NCBI RefSeq assembly: GCF_964355755.1
Contig: NC_092671.1
Coordinates: forward strand, 2,170,001-2,234,000
Origin: Antedon mediterranea
Taxonomy: Eukaryota > Animalia > Echinodermata
Reading direction: 5' to 3'
Length of the DNA: 64,000 nt
Numbering within the stretch: the stretch's first letter is position 1; each line of letters starts with the position of its first letter. Shown in pieces: positions 12,401-26,186 of this stretch. Below the pieces are notes generated by a model, which was not told where the DNA came from, did no database searches, and saw nothing but the letters and a program-made list of their open reading frames with translations. A program made the position numbers and the translations under genes.

Positions 12401-15400
12401 TCTAATTTATGAATAATGTATATTTCTTTTAATACCAGGTGTATGTTCTTAAGAGGCCTTATGTTGATGAGTTTTTACAACGAATGGGAGAACTCTATGA
12501 ATGTGTTTTATTCACTGCCAGCTTAGCAAAGGTGAGCTCCACCATGTTTCTATAGGACACAATTGATTTTTTTCAAATTTGTTAAAAGACTGGTCTCCCA
12601 GAGGGCCCAGTTGGTGATCAGTGGCTGTGATGTACAGTACTACTGACATAGTACACCGGGGTAACCTACTCGTCTCAAAAGATGTACTAGGTTTTTTAAG
12701 TGCACATGAACTAGATGTACAGTATACACTGGACCTATGGTTTATAGTGCTCATTCAAGAAGACTTGTTCTACCACCAGAACCATGGAGAGAGTGAGAGC
12801 CTCAAACTCTTGCCGATATTATTGCTATGTTCCACTGTCTTAACTTCTCGGCAACTCGCTCACTTGTAGCCATAGACATTTGCATAAAGCACCTGTGAAC
12901 TGAATTTGCATACCTATGAAATGTGTACACTTATGAAATGCTGCCAACTTGCATTCCACACCTGTACATTTCCATCAATCAATATCGTAATTGACAAAGT
13001 ATATCAATTTTCTTTTGTAAATGCAAATTGAATTTTCACTCAAAATGCTAATTAAATTAAATACACTGTAACTACAATGTTCTTTTCTTGTTATGCAGTA
13101 TGCGGATCCCGTAGCAGATTTACTTGACAAATCACGCATATTTAAGTCAAGGCTGTTTAGGGAATCTTGCGTTTTTCATCGTGGCAACTATATAAAGGTA
13201 GGTCTAATTATGTTTCAATTAAAATGCATAGAAAATGCATTTTGATTACCATAAATAATTCTTGAGATTTTTCTCTCGATTGAACTACATTATTGGAGCG
13301 CAGCCAATTATGCAAACCTGTTAACATATTTACAGTAACAGACTAATGTTAATGACATACTAATATTTCATGTTAATGACAAAATGTACCTTGATGTTGC
13401 AATAAGACCAAGGATATCGCATTATAAAATGATGAATGAATAATAAGCACAGCTTATCTATAATATATATAGATATGTCTTATAAATATTTAAAACCCAT
13501 ACTGTCTAAATAGAGCCTCACATAATAATAATAGTGAAATCACAACAAACACAAAATATTTCTTCCAGACAATTCTTCTCGACTTTTTGACGTAACAGTT
13601 TTAATCATTTTATTTTCTTCATACATTTGGACAAATGAGCTTAAACATAAACAACTTGGATTTAAAGCCAACACTTTGATAATAGGAAGCTTTCGATTTG
13701 CGAAGACTGGCGACCTAACTACTTCATGATAATTAATTGTACGCATTCTTGCTCTATCCCTCCTCCCCCGACATACTTTTGGTGGGTTTTAGGTCCAGAG
13801 GAGGACTGATGACATACTATGACCCATGTCATCAAGCTGCCCCTCTAAGTTTAAGGATTAACACAAGGATGTAGACGCATACAAGTAAAATAATTCTATT
13901 GTTTGTAAACTGTTTCGAAGCATACAAAACCCATCAAGCAGGAGGTTAGGTATATGCAGCTCTTTTTGTATCATTAATCTATTTCTTTTCTTTTGTATAG
14001 GATTTAAGCAGGTTGGGTAGAAATCTTGAACGAATTGTGATTGTTGACAACTCGCCTGCTTCTTATATCTTCCATCAGGATAATGCTGTAAGTAACCAAT
14101 CAAACTTGTTATATAAATACTTTATACCCCGAGCTACCCTTTAAGGGGACACTTTTCCATGAAACAAATGCAACATATGTTTTAACACCACAGTCAACCC
14201 TATTCAGGGGACTGACACCCGTATTAAGAGGACCTTTAACAGAATTCTACTGTATAAATCATCAAAAAGTACAGCTCCTACAAAGTTGCTGTTGTGACAG
14301 GTAACAACGTTTTGGAGTTGTACCTATGTGGTTGACATGCTTGCCTTCAAATTCCAAGGTACAGGGTTCAAGCCAGGGTTGTAACTCTATGTAGTACCAG
14401 GGTTGTAACTGTTTCTACTTCACTCCCTAAACTTCAAATAAAGCATGATATACATTATCCATCCAGTAATTGGCAAGTTATTTGCAGTATGAAAAAGAAT
14501 ATATGAAAGGAAAAAAATATATTTTAAGGTAAGTTAGAATTTATAATAGTAACTGTACTCAAAAACATTCATTGGATGGTACACAGCGACCATGTACTCA
14601 AGAAAGTCCAGATTTTTGTGGATCTGTGCAAAGTAATCTGTAACTAAGTGTAATAGAAGTCTTTAAACAGAGAACGTTCATTTGATTGATATTTCTGATA
14701 CAGTTGATAACGTTATACACAACTGCCTTGTGTAGCTACGTGTCTAAGGTGTTGACAAAATAAAGATGCTTAATTCAAGAAATAACTATCAAATGACCAG
14801 AGTGAATTCTAATAACCCTGCGGTTTAAAGGGATCAGCACAGGCACAGGTACAAACGTCCTTGAGAAGCAATCCACAGTTAAATGCTCTCAAGCTGTGAT
14901 TGGACGTTCTTTAAAAGGTCATGTGATGAGGTAAATCTACGAGCGTTTAACAGCTCCAGTCAGTTTGACTAGGGTAGATTATGTTTCACAGAATATGTAG
15001 ATGTTGAGGATTAGGTAACAGCATCGTTACGTTTCTAATTAAGCAGTTAGAATAGGTGACGATGATTTCAAGTGTTTTTAAAGACGACAGTAAAAGCAAG
15101 ATTATTTTTAATTAGAATTTATTTAACACCTGCGCAATAAACGCAATTCATAGATATTTTTATTCTGTTCTGTCAACCAGGAATTTTTCGGCTGTTCCTA
15201 AATACTTGTGACTTGCCCGAAATTCCTGATTTTCCTGAAAGAATAAATTTTACATTGAGATAAATTTGATTTTTTTAAAAAAGAAATAAATTCTACTATA
15301 ATATTTATGTGGTAACGTCACATTTATTGTTTAGTTTATAAATAAATAATAAAATATTCTGGTTTAATATAAGGTAATAATAATTAGGAAATTTAATATA

Positions 15401-18400
15401 ACTCAAAATAGTTTATAACTACTTGCTAAATATTTTTTTAAGGATTTAATAAATATTTAATATAATTTCTCTTGTAATTAACAAAATTTGGTGCAGGAAG
15501 AAGAACCAAACAATAATTCTATTTTCAAGCGCTATCATAGAATTATGTCAAATGCTTTAAGGGATGTGCTTAAAATGTTGCTGTGTATTCATTTTGTTGT
15601 TTTTAAATTCCTCTCATAATGGAAATTTAAGGGATCATCTTTTTAGTCAACTCAGTCAAACGATGTGTATTTCATATATAGGAATACTGATTGATTGCTA
15701 TGTCTAATAGTTGATCCAGTTTATTGTACTTTATGTACCTTTTTTCAATATTAAACTGAATAATTTCCACAAAATATTGATAAATTAACATTTCATTCTA
15801 ATGATTATTTGTAACAGAAATTTGTTTATACAATAATTGTATCATGATAATGAATTTTTATTCTATTGATAGAAATCACAAAAGAACCATTAAAAAAAAA
15901 TCGGTTTATAAAAAGTTAGCGTTGCAGCTAAAAATGTCTCTATGGTAACCGTTTTTATAAACAACAATCAATACGGAATCAATTTGATATTTCTGTATTC
16001 AATATTGGCTCTTTTAATGTGGATCTGTTCTTTAAATATATGGTATTTAAATCTGTATTTCTTGCTCAGTAGAAACAGGCCTAAAGAGAATTACAAGTTG
16101 GTTTCAAATTGGACTTTCATATCACTAATCTGATTTTTTTTAAAATAAATACAACCAACAATCATTACCTCCTGTAATATTAGTTTAAATTCTCATTCTT
16201 AATTCGTAATATTTTGACAAAAAGGAAGTGATCAAATACTGACTCACCCTTGACCTTTCTATAAAGTTTAATTGTGATGCCTATTTAGTATTCACTTTGA
16301 AAAAATTTAACTTAGCTAATGAGATATAGTACATTCAATGTTTAACTTAGCTAGTGAGATATACTGTAGTACATTCAATGTTTAACTTAGCTAATGAGAT
16401 ATAGTACATTCAATGTTTAACTTAGCTAATGAGATATAGTACATTCAATATTTAACTTAGCTAATGAGATATAGTACATTCAATATTTAACTTAGCTAAT
16501 GAGATATAGTACATTCAATGTTTAACTTAGCTAATGAGATATAGTACATTCAATATTTCTACGAATAAAATATTTTTTCTATTCAATGAATATAACACAT
16601 TTGTTTTAAATCAATGAATCCATCCATATTGAATAATTTCAACGTCTACCGTAGGCCTTAAAATTTACAAAAAGCTGGGATATACTCCGGTTACAGTAGT
16701 GAGATAGAAAATTGGTATCATAGAGTGTAAAGACAGTTTAGCATTATGAGTTCTTAAGACTTCTTTTAATAGAAAGAAGCCCTGTACTATTACTCAATAT
16801 CATTAGTGATTTCAGGTAAATTAATCTATCCAGGCCACTGATATAAAAGAAGACTTGATATAAGTACATGCTATACTTGACTATGGCCTACTTTTGAATG
16901 TAATCATGCTACTTAATAGGAAATCCTCGCAAGGTTTAGATGTGCTGTTTTGCAGAATGTGTAGGAAGGTACTTGGTATGTGAGCATGTGGTGGGTGAAA
17001 AGCAAGGCTGGGTGGTAATCAAGTATAGGTAATTTCCCAATTGAATAAAACATTAAAAAAAAGATATTTAAAATTGATTTAATGTGGGAACACCTCAGAA
17101 TGCCTAGGCTAGTTTCCTACTAAAATTAAAAGGAAAGTTAGCCTAGTAGGCATCCAATGATGTAATTCTGCTGAGTGGTCATCCAACTACCCTCCCTAAA
17201 TTAAACACAGCACCAACCCAAGAAGCCTCTGGATACCCGAAAGTGTACTCTTTTAATTCTTGTTTATCCCACCCCATTTTACACCCCCTATATATCCCTA
17301 GCTACATTCCTGTACTTAAGTGTGCTTCTGAGTATGTCAATGGGTATTTAAGAAATCTAAGACTCTGTGAGAAAAATAAGTGTTGAACTACATAACATTT
17401 ACATTGTGAAATGGGGTATAGGTGATTATTTCATCTAAGACTTGGTGAGAACAGTAGGTTTTGAGCTAAACATTTACATTGTGAAATGGGGTATAGGTGA
17501 TTATTTCATCTAAGACTTGGTGAGAACAGTAGGTTTTGAGCTAAACATTTACATTGTGAAATGGGGTATAGGTGATTATTTCATCTAAGACTTGGTGAGA
17601 ACAGTAGGTTTTGAGCTAAACATTTACATTGTGAAATGGGGTATAGGTGATTATTTCATCTAAGACTTGGTGAGAACAGTAGGTTTTGAGCTAAACATTT
17701 ACATTGTGAAATGGGGTATAGGTGATTATTTCATCTAAGACTTGGTGAGAACAGTAGGTTTTGAGCTATAACATGTACATTGTGAAATGGGGTATAGGTG
17801 ATTATTTCATCTAAGACTTGGTGAGAACAGTAGGTTTTGAGCTAAACATTTACATTGTGAAATGGGGTATAGGTGATTATTTCATCTAAGACTTGGTGAG
17901 AACAGTAGGTTTTGAGCTATAACATGTACATTGTGAAATGGGGTATAGGTGATTATTTCATCTAAGACTTGGTGAGAACAGTAGGTTTGGAACTAAACAT
18001 TTACATTGTGAAATGGGGTATAGGTGATTATTTCATCTAAGACTTGGTGAGAACAGTAGGTTTGGAACTAAACATTTACATTGTGAAATGGGGTATAGGT
18101 GATTATTTTATCTAAGACTTGGTGAGAACAGTAGGTTTGGAACTAAACATTTACATTGTGAAATGGGGTATAGGTGATTATTTCATCTAAGACTTGGTGA
18201 GAACAGTAGGTTTTGAGCTATAACATGTACATTGTAAACTGTGGTATAGGTGATTATTTCATATTCATAATGATTTATGGCCGTCAATACAGACCTGGAT
18301 TTATCAAAGTACTTCCTATTGGAAACCTGATAATGTATTGATAATGTTGGTTGTTTCTACTTCTGTAAACAACTTAATATTAACATCAAGTAATAACACA

Positions 18401-19092
18401 AAATATTGCATTACATTGGCATTAGTGCAATACAATGCCCTATAGAATGCAATCATAACTACTTATTAGGTTCCGGGTTCTTCTTTAATATTAAAGCATT
18501 GAATATGCTTTGAAAATTTTTTTTACAGTAAATTTATTAACAAAACATAGGATATAGAAATACTAGATTTTATACTATTTGAATTATAGCTCATTTATAA
18601 ACATGTCAGAGCCACTTGATAAAATATTCCACAGCTATGGAGTTTGATTGCATGTTCTAGATTTGTTTGTAGTAGTCAAATAGTAAACATATTGTGATTT
18701 GATAATCAACATTTTTTTCTTACTTTACCTCCATTATTACCTGTATATCATGATCTGGTGGTATCTGGAATCCTTTACATTACTAATGTAATTAATTAAA
18801 AAGTAGGCCTAACTCTTTCTTTATCATGAAGTGAAGTCTTGCGATTATTGTCAGTATATTAGTGTTTTAAGATGCTTGACCACCTTCTGTTGTCCTGGGT
18901 TCAAGTCCTGCAATCTGCTTAACATACTAATTATTTCTAACTAATGTTTTTCAGATCCCAGTTGTGTCCTGGTTTGACGATGTATCAGACACAGAATTGC
19001 TCGATATCATCCCACTTTTGGAACGAATATCAAAACTTGATAATGTGTACACAATTCTCAGGAAGGAGAACCACAATCATATACAGACATAA
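9373..19092 (+). CDS. CTDSP: CTD small phosphatase (SCP/CTDSP family, HAD FCP1-homology domain), 5'-partial; six coding exons visible, 191 aa; N-terminal exons not found in the window
   Basis: Exons 9373-9474, 11427-11483, 12439-12531, 13099-13197, 14001-14087 and 18955-19092 join in frame through GT-AG introns. Peptide has [15 protein letters not shown] (DxDxT catalytic motif), [24 protein letters not shown] and [10 protein letters not shown]. Confidence 0.97.
11427..11483 (+). CDS. CTDSP: CTDSP exon: [19 protein letters not shown]
   Basis: tttcag acceptor, CAG|gtatgt donor, 57 nt. Confidence 0.97.
11640..11856. repeat. 23-bp minisatellite (caagtttacagaatgcatYcYRt)n
   Basis: About 9 tandem copies in a CTDSP intron. 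Confidence 0.9.
12439..12531 (+). CDS. CTDSP: CTDSP exon: [31 protein letters not shown]
   Basis: accag acceptor, AAG|gtgagc donor, 93 nt. Confidence 0.97.
13099..13197 (+). CDS. CTDSP: CTDSP exon: [33 protein letters not shown]
   Basis: tgcag acceptor, AAG|gtaggt donor, 99 nt. Confidence 0.97.
14001..14087 (+). CDS. CTDSP: CTDSP exon: [29 protein letters not shown]
   Basis: tatag acceptor, GCT|gtaagt donor, 87 nt. Confidence 0.97.
14313..14490 (+). mobile_element. Degenerate tRNA-derived SINE (same family as 21439-21669)
   Basis: ggagttgta...tggttgacatgcttgccttc...gggttcaa..cagggttgtaactc; tail tatccatcc.gtaattggc. Confidence 0.7.
16306..16557. repeat. 35-bp minisatellite, about 7 copies
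   Basis: tttaacttagctaatgagatatagtacattcaatR in tandem. Confidence 0.95.
17393..18262. repeat. 75-bp tandem repeat, about 11.5 copies
   Basis: acattgtgaaatggggtataggtgattatttcatctaagacttggtgagaacagtaggttttgagctaaacattt. Confidence 0.97.
18955..19092 (+). CDS. CTDSP: CTDSP last coding exon: [45 protein letters not shown]
   Basis: tttttcag acceptor; SWFDD..D.ELL motif; TAA at 19090-19092. Confidence 0.95.
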   Translation: MPVVSWFDDVSDTELLDIIPLLERISKLDNVYTILRKENHNHIQT

Positions 19093-19284
19093 CAGAGTAG
19101 TTTATCCACGAGAAGGAGGAGGAGGACGCTGTGTTGTTTGATAATTACTATCTGGGATAATCATTATCAATTCTGGTTTTGTGTACTTATGTGTGTGATT
19201 AAGATTGATTAATTGGCTGGCTAATTATTTGTCAGTGTGCACGCAACCGTTTATTAGTTGTGGTGTATTCTGAGCTGCCATTAA

Positions 19285-19600
19285 TGGGACCTTTGCAGAG
19301 TAGCCTTCTAGTGGAATCTCAGCAGTGTACCATCTAGTGGAACCTCACATAAGTAGCTGTCTAGTGGAACGTCAGCAGTGCAACCATCTAGTGAAACCTC
19401 ACACGAGTAGCTGTCTAGTGGAATGTCAGCAATGCAACCATCTAGTGGAATGTCTACACTGCAGCATCCATCTAGTGGACCTTATCAGAGCAACCATCTA
19501 GTGGGTATTGAGCAAAGCAGTCATCTTTTGGGATCTCAGCCGAGCAGCCATCTAGATGAACCTCGGCACTGCAGCAGCCATCTAGTGGAACATTGACAGA
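19285..19600. repeat. Degenerate ~30-bp repeat with core ccatctagtggaa in the CTDSP 3' UTR
   Basis: About 10 recurrences of tctagtgga at roughly 30-bp spacing. Confidence 0.8.
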
Positions 19601-20899
19601 GAAAACATCATAGAACAGCTTGCTCGTAGAAATAGAACATAAAATAATTAAAAAAACAATTTTTATAGAATTTAACAATAGATTCAAGCAGTTATTTTTA
19701 CGTTTTTACATTTTATTTTAATTAGATTATTATATTATTGACAGAATGTTATATTGTTTACCGTTTGCTTAAAACAATACCAGTAGATATGATTAAATAT
19801 CTCATTACAGATTTATTCAAACCATTATAAACAAATGTCCTAATAAATTGTAAACTTTTAAACTGTGGTACACTAGTGAAACATGTAACAAGTAAACAAA
19901 GCATTTAATGCAGTGATACCCAAGTTATTTTTAGCTGTATTGTTTTACAACCTAAATTGTATTTACTTGGAAAAACTTGTGACTGATTGTCAGTTTGGAT
20001 GTTAGTCCAACATTGAATGAAATATTAATTAATAATCAGTCTTTAGTTTATTCATTACTGTACTACACACTGTATATAAATGAACAAATCCTTATGATAG
20101 TCCTGGTTAACACTTTTATAACCTAGTTGTGTTCATATCTATAAAAATGATCCTCTTTTAATTATTTAATTGTTATTTTCTCGGTTATATTGTACTTAGC
20201 TATTTAGAGATTTCATATGAAGATGAATCGGTACTACTTGCTATATTATTGATAGAGGGCGGGCCTCGCTATTTGAAAATACAAATTTGGACAAAACAGT
20301 TTCTCTTGTTATGCAGCAAAAATAAAAACTTAACAAATTTGAAGAGATTTTAAACAATCACTGCTTTTTCGTATCTTTTTATTTAATAGTGCAATCAAGT
20401 CAACAAGAGGAGATGTTTTGTTTGTAATTACATATCATTAGGTTATAAAAATGACAGTATAAATAATGCGCATACCCTGTATATAATCATTGTAGAACTA
20501 TGTACCTAAATAAGTGCCTCCTTAATTAGAACACTCTTGTACGCATTACCAATTATTAAATATGTAAAATGTATTTTTATTTATCCAAATTCACATTAGG
20601 ATATTGTAATTATTAAAACTATATTCTTCCATTTCAATATTTTGTTTTTGTTGGAAGGAGGTAATTAAAATCACATATGTATATACAGGTAACATTTGTG
20701 TACTAAATAGTATTCCCTTGTAATTTATTTACAGAAATAAGAATGAATTATATCCGTAAAAGGAGGATAAATATTTTTGCTATCAAGTTTTCTAAAACTT
20801 TTGATTGAATTCTACAAGATTTGACCTGTTCGGTGACCCGTGTAATTAGATGAATCCAAGATGTAAAAGGAATGAAGTTTTTGTGTGAAAACAATTTAT

Positions 20900-20930
<31 letters not shown>

Positions 20931-21438
20931 CTTGTATAATACTTCATTTTACTGGGTGTTTGTTGGGATAGTTAATGTTTGTTTTGATTTTGGATTTATT
21001 TTGATAACAAAAAAATTAATAACAGTCGTAGGTATTATTTTTATTTTTACCAAAATAGCATTGAAGTCTATGATGTATTTAAGTAATTGTGAAACATGAA
21101 TTTCCCATATTGTATATTTGATATTAATACTAACAAAGAATTAACGATTTCTCATAAAAAAAAATAGCTAATTTATCATTTTTCTGTGTATTCACTAACA
21201 ACACTCATAGATTAATATTAGAGTGCTGGAAATGTATGTTTGTTTGCAAGTGTAATTCCATTCTGAAAGAAATATTTTATTTTAATTTTCCGCAAGATTT
21301 TTATTGGGAGTAGCAATGTGCTGAAACAAAGCATTTAAAATAATATTTGTTTACTAATCTCAAATCATGGTTGGTATTTAACAGATGGCTTAGATAGGTT
21401 CTAGACGGCGATTGGACTTAATATCTTTTGGCACATAT

Positions 21439-21669
21439 TATTTTTTTTTTTTTTTTTTTCTTTTTACTCATCCAACAGTGAGTAACTCGCCAATTACAGG
21501 ATGGATAAACTATTTAATAAATTATCGTGCTTATAAACTAAGTCTCGTTTGAGGCTTAGGGAGTGGAGTTGAAAGAGTCATGAGTTACAACCCTGCACTA
21601 GGTCAGGATTGCACCCGGGACCTTGGGATTGGAAGGCAAGCACGTTAACCACCAAGCTACAGCTCCACT
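21439..21669 (-). mobile_element. Full-length tRNA-derived SINE with poly(A) tail and ACATAT target-site duplication
   Basis: Minus strand: tggagctgtagcttggtggttaacgtgcttgccttccaatcccaaggtcccgggtgcaatcc (A/B boxes), body, poly(A); ACATAT at 21433-21438 and 21670-21675. Confidence 0.85.
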
Positions 21670-23313
21670 ACATATGGCGTTTCATATGTATAATACTTGA
21701 GCTGGAATCGGACAGAAATCAAAACACCTACTTGTTTACATCTAGCTGTCCTTTGATGTTAATCTATCATTGAATTCACTCTTTACAGATGCAGTTTACA
21801 TATTAAGAACAACATACATTATTACATTTAACCATAGTCAATCTATTTACTATGATTTAACTAGTTAATAAATGTAATATTTTAGAATCACTTTAAAATC
21901 TAAAGTTACAACACATATTTGGAAACAATTCATCATATTAATATTTGATTACTAAACAAAAAAAAGGAATATATATTCTATGGTTATTCTTTTTTAATGG
22001 TTTCTTAATTTGTTTATAGTTTTAATGAAATCGCAACAAAATTGATTTTTTTCTAATGCACTGCTGATTTCAGATTGAAAATGATTGTTATAGTAAAATG
22101 AAATGGGACTACACATGACACACCAGACCCCATTAAACTAATGAAATGACGCTTGATGTATATATTATAGAATTACCAGAATGTATTCAGTTTTATAAAT
22201 AATGCAGTTAACACTAAAATGCTTCCCTTTGTAAAACCTCACCCTCTGATAACAATATCTGTTTGTATATACTGTACAATGCTTACCGTAAATGATTAAA
22301 TATGCAGTCATATAAGGGATGTACCCAAATAAGGCGTGTACTCAAATATTAATACAGTACACACAAATATTGAATTTACTACCAAAATGATTTTCCTATT
22401 GAATTCATATTGTAAATGTCATTGCCATTTGAAAATGTTGAAATGAGTTACAGTGTTAATTTTGTATTTATACAGTCTATGGAAAATGTACACACTTTGG
22501 GGCACATACCAAACAAAACTCTGTTCTTGATGCCTGGGTTTGTGCGTGTAAACTTTTGCTAGGTGATACATAAGGTGTATTTGTTGTGTTCTTATATCCT
22601 GGGATGGCGGTATAAACTATAATTTCCTTAGACTGTCTATATGCAAATACATACATTCACATTTACTGCAATCTGATAGGCTGCATTCTGATAGTATTTT
22701 GGTCGGTCAGAAACCTCAGAAAATGTTAAATGCAGCACAGTTAATTTGATCATTTACAGTAAGTCATCAACACATCCCCTTCCAGTACAATATAATTCTT
22801 AGATATTTGCAACGTAAAATGCATATTTACTAAACACTTTGTTGCGTATAAAACATATCTGCTGTAGGTATATTTTGTCATTTTGACATTTTTTTTTTCT
22901 GGTAAAATTGTACTACAATTATTTACGCAGCATATAGCAAGGATTTGTGGATTCTAAAACCACACACACATGTTGTTGCTTTAATGTGCAAAATATTGGA
23001 ATATAATTCATCTTCAGCAAAGAAAACAATTACTGAAATATGCTTCTTAAATATTATTTATTGCTTTTCTGTAATATTAGTAATTGAAATGATATTACAG
23101 ATACTTTTTGAATTGTAATACTGCTTTTATGTAATTCTAACCATGTTGATTGTTCTTACATAAAGACCATGGATAATTAAAAATATGTAATATGTACAGT
23201 AATTCAGAATTAAATAAATTCTTTTAACAATTCATATTATACAGTATATGGTTTGGATAAAAAGGAATGAGGGAAAGATAACTTTTAATCAATGATTTGA
23301 CCACGTCTCTTCA

Positions 23314-23519
23314 AAGCCTGTTTTCCTGTCGATGTTATTTGACGCTATTGTCGTTGATCGTTAACAGTTCAACGACGATCGTTTGAAAACGGTCAAGTTG
23401 AAATGATAACGATAGCGAGTACCTTTTCCTGTAAATCGTTAACATTTCAATGTTTACGTAGAAGATTGCCGATTATTGTTAACAATAGTGTCGAATAACG
23501 TCGACAGGAAAACAGGCTT
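23314..23519. mobile_element. Palindromic MITE, about 205 bp
   Basis: TIR AAGCCTGTTTTCCTGTCGA...TCGACAGGAAAACAGGCTT with extended imperfect pairing. Confidence 0.85.
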
Positions 23520-24849
23520 AATTCTCACGGCACAACATAATAGGAAGCTTTGATTTGTAACAACCCAACTAATGCTCTCTCTACACTATCAATCTAGTTT
23601 GACAACAAAAATGTGATGTGCCCATAATGGACACGACGATGTCATATTACTACCATATTTTAGCATATTACTACCATATTTTGGCACATCACACTTTTTT
23701 TGTCAAACTATTTTGATACTGTAAACACAACTTAAGTCACGTTTGTAAGCATGCAGGGAAGTTGGGACATGCTACCTTGCTACATGCTTGCTACCTTGCT
23801 ACATGCGTACCTCAACAGTTTTTGCTGGTCTCTGGGTTCAGATGACAATTGCATGACCTAGGTTGTCCCTAATTAGGCAAAGCGAATGCTCCCTAATTAC
23901 GTTATTAGGAATACCTAGAATTTGATATTAATATTCAACATTCTACTATTTTTAAATCATACAAATGATCACTAATGTTTTGAGTTCGCTTAAAATGTAC
24001 TTAAATTTTTATCACGAAACATCAAACGTTTTTTGCTTGTAGTATTGTTAGACAGACAAGTATTAGATTATATTCTCTTTGATACCATGCGCCAGATAAT
24101 TTATGGTATTTGCTTTTTAGCAAACTTTATCAGATTTATTAATATTTCTAACCAACTAGATTGTTACTACTGTATATCTAACATTACATCTAAGGGCCTG
24201 TTTCCACTGAGCAGGAGAATACAAATTTAAAATTCCGTATTTTGAAAGAATGGTATTTTCTTGCCAGCTGAAATTGTTTTAAAGACCTCAATTAATTCCG
24301 GTCTTTATCATTCAATATCGGTTTTAAAAAACTGTTTTCTTGGAGCAATTTTTAGCTGCAAAGTTATCCAATATTTTACAGAATACCTTTTGAAATGTTT
24401 CTCTAGAAACAAGCCCTACGATGACAAAAGCTGTTTTTTTCCCTTGTCTGCTTATATGCACTGCTTAGCATTTTCGACTTAAGCAAAATTATTCATAAAT
24501 GCCAGTTTGATTAAACTCGTGATCGGTGGTAAGATGTAGCTTAGATTAAAAGCTTAGCTTGGCAAGATATTCAAAAGGTAAAATACTAAAAGATTGTGAA
24601 GGAACATCTTAGAGAAGGTTCTCTGTTAATATGAAGCCGATTTAGATTAATTTGGTAGATGAACTTGAATCTGGGTTAGACTGCACACCCTACCCCACCC
24701 ACTAGCTTTGCATCCAAGTGTATTCGTATAATTAGTTTCTTGTGAGTCACCAAATATTATTGCGGTCTTGAGAGGTACAATGTAATCTTACAAAATGTTA
24801 TGAATTTAGGGTAAAATAATAATATGATGAAAATAGAATGATTATAATG

Positions 24850-25362
24850 TTTCAATATGGGATGTATGTTTTGACATGGGAAGCACATTTTGATGTATAT
24901 GTATATGGGATGTATATTTCATTATGGGATGTAAATTTCCATATGGGATATGTATATTTCAATGTGTGATGTATGTTTCCATATGGGATATGTATATTTA
25001 CCTATGGGATGCGTATTTCAATGTGAGATGTATGTTTCCCTATTGGATGTACTGTATATTTCATTATGGGATGTATATTTCAATGTGTGATGTATGTTTC
25101 CATATGGGATATGTATATTTACCCATGGGATGCGTATTTCAATGTGGGATGTATGTTTCCCTATTGGATGTACTGTATATTTCATTATGGGATGTAAATT
25201 TCCATATGGGATATGTATATATCCCTATGGGATGTATATTTCAATGTGGGATGTATGTTTCCATATGGGATATGTATATTTACCTATGGGATGCATATTT
25301 CAATGTGGGATGTATGTTTCCCTATTGGATGTATATTTCCTTGTGGGATGTATGTTTCCAAT
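24850..25362. repeat. Degenerate ~20-bp minisatellite (atgggatRtRtatattt...)
   Basis: Recurring atgggatgtat/atgggatatgt; source of the ORFs at 24924 and 25094. Confidence 0.9.
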
Positions 25363-26186
25363 TCTCCTTCCTGATATATGTAAATGAATGTAAACTACTC
25401 ACAAATTAGGAACATTCAATAGATTTATTTTTAGTGAGATAAAAATATTACTAGGTCTTTTTTAGAGTGATCGGTAAAATAACATGATAATATGAATTTG
25501 TTATTAATGGCATTGTTATGATTAACTGCAAAGTCTTGGTGAGCCTATTTATAAAGATAAATGTGAATTTCAACAGTCTGTGTAAGTATGTCTGTTTGTC
25601 CATCTGTATAATGCCTTTTCTTATACAGTTCTGTATTTTCAAGAGCAAATAAGAATGACAATGCCATTATGTGTTATAAATGCAAAAAAGTAAAGTCAAT
25701 ATTCTGATCTTTAAGGTTATTTAAATGACTGAATGTTAAATAATAATAACCAATGTTTTATTTAGCTTGCGCATAGAAAACAAAATGCTGTGTGTAAATC
25801 ATCCTGATGTTTTTGTTAATGGCTGTATAAGATGTGTTGCTAGTATAATGTGGACATACTTCAATAATACTATAGGGATAGGAGGCCTATCTTACTTTGT
25901 CGACAATCAGATCATTTCTATTCATGGGTGCATTTTTATATTAAAAGATTGACTTTAAATAATATTTGGTTGAGTTTATTGTTGTTTTTTAAATAGAACA
26001 TGCACGGTTAGGGATATATCAGTATCTTTAGCAATAATACCAACAAAATTATAATTTAATAAGACTTTAATAATAAGTCAATATGCACTCATATACTGGC
26101 CCGTCATGAAAGAAGGACTCAACTGCATAAAGCAAAGATTTTCTTGTTTTAGCTCTTCACGTGTGTAGATAATATTATTTTGATTA

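Noticed and set aside
11484-12438. miR-26 in the CTDSP intron, as in vertebrates
   Set aside because: No TTCAAGTAAT mature sequence or hairpin seen. The 23-bp repeat shares only TCAAGT, and an 11-nt antisense match near 10435 is compatible with chance.
21595-21669. tRNA-Gly(TCC) gene
   Set aside because: Degenerate B-box and acceptor stem, followed by a body, poly(A) tail and TSD; it is a SINE head.
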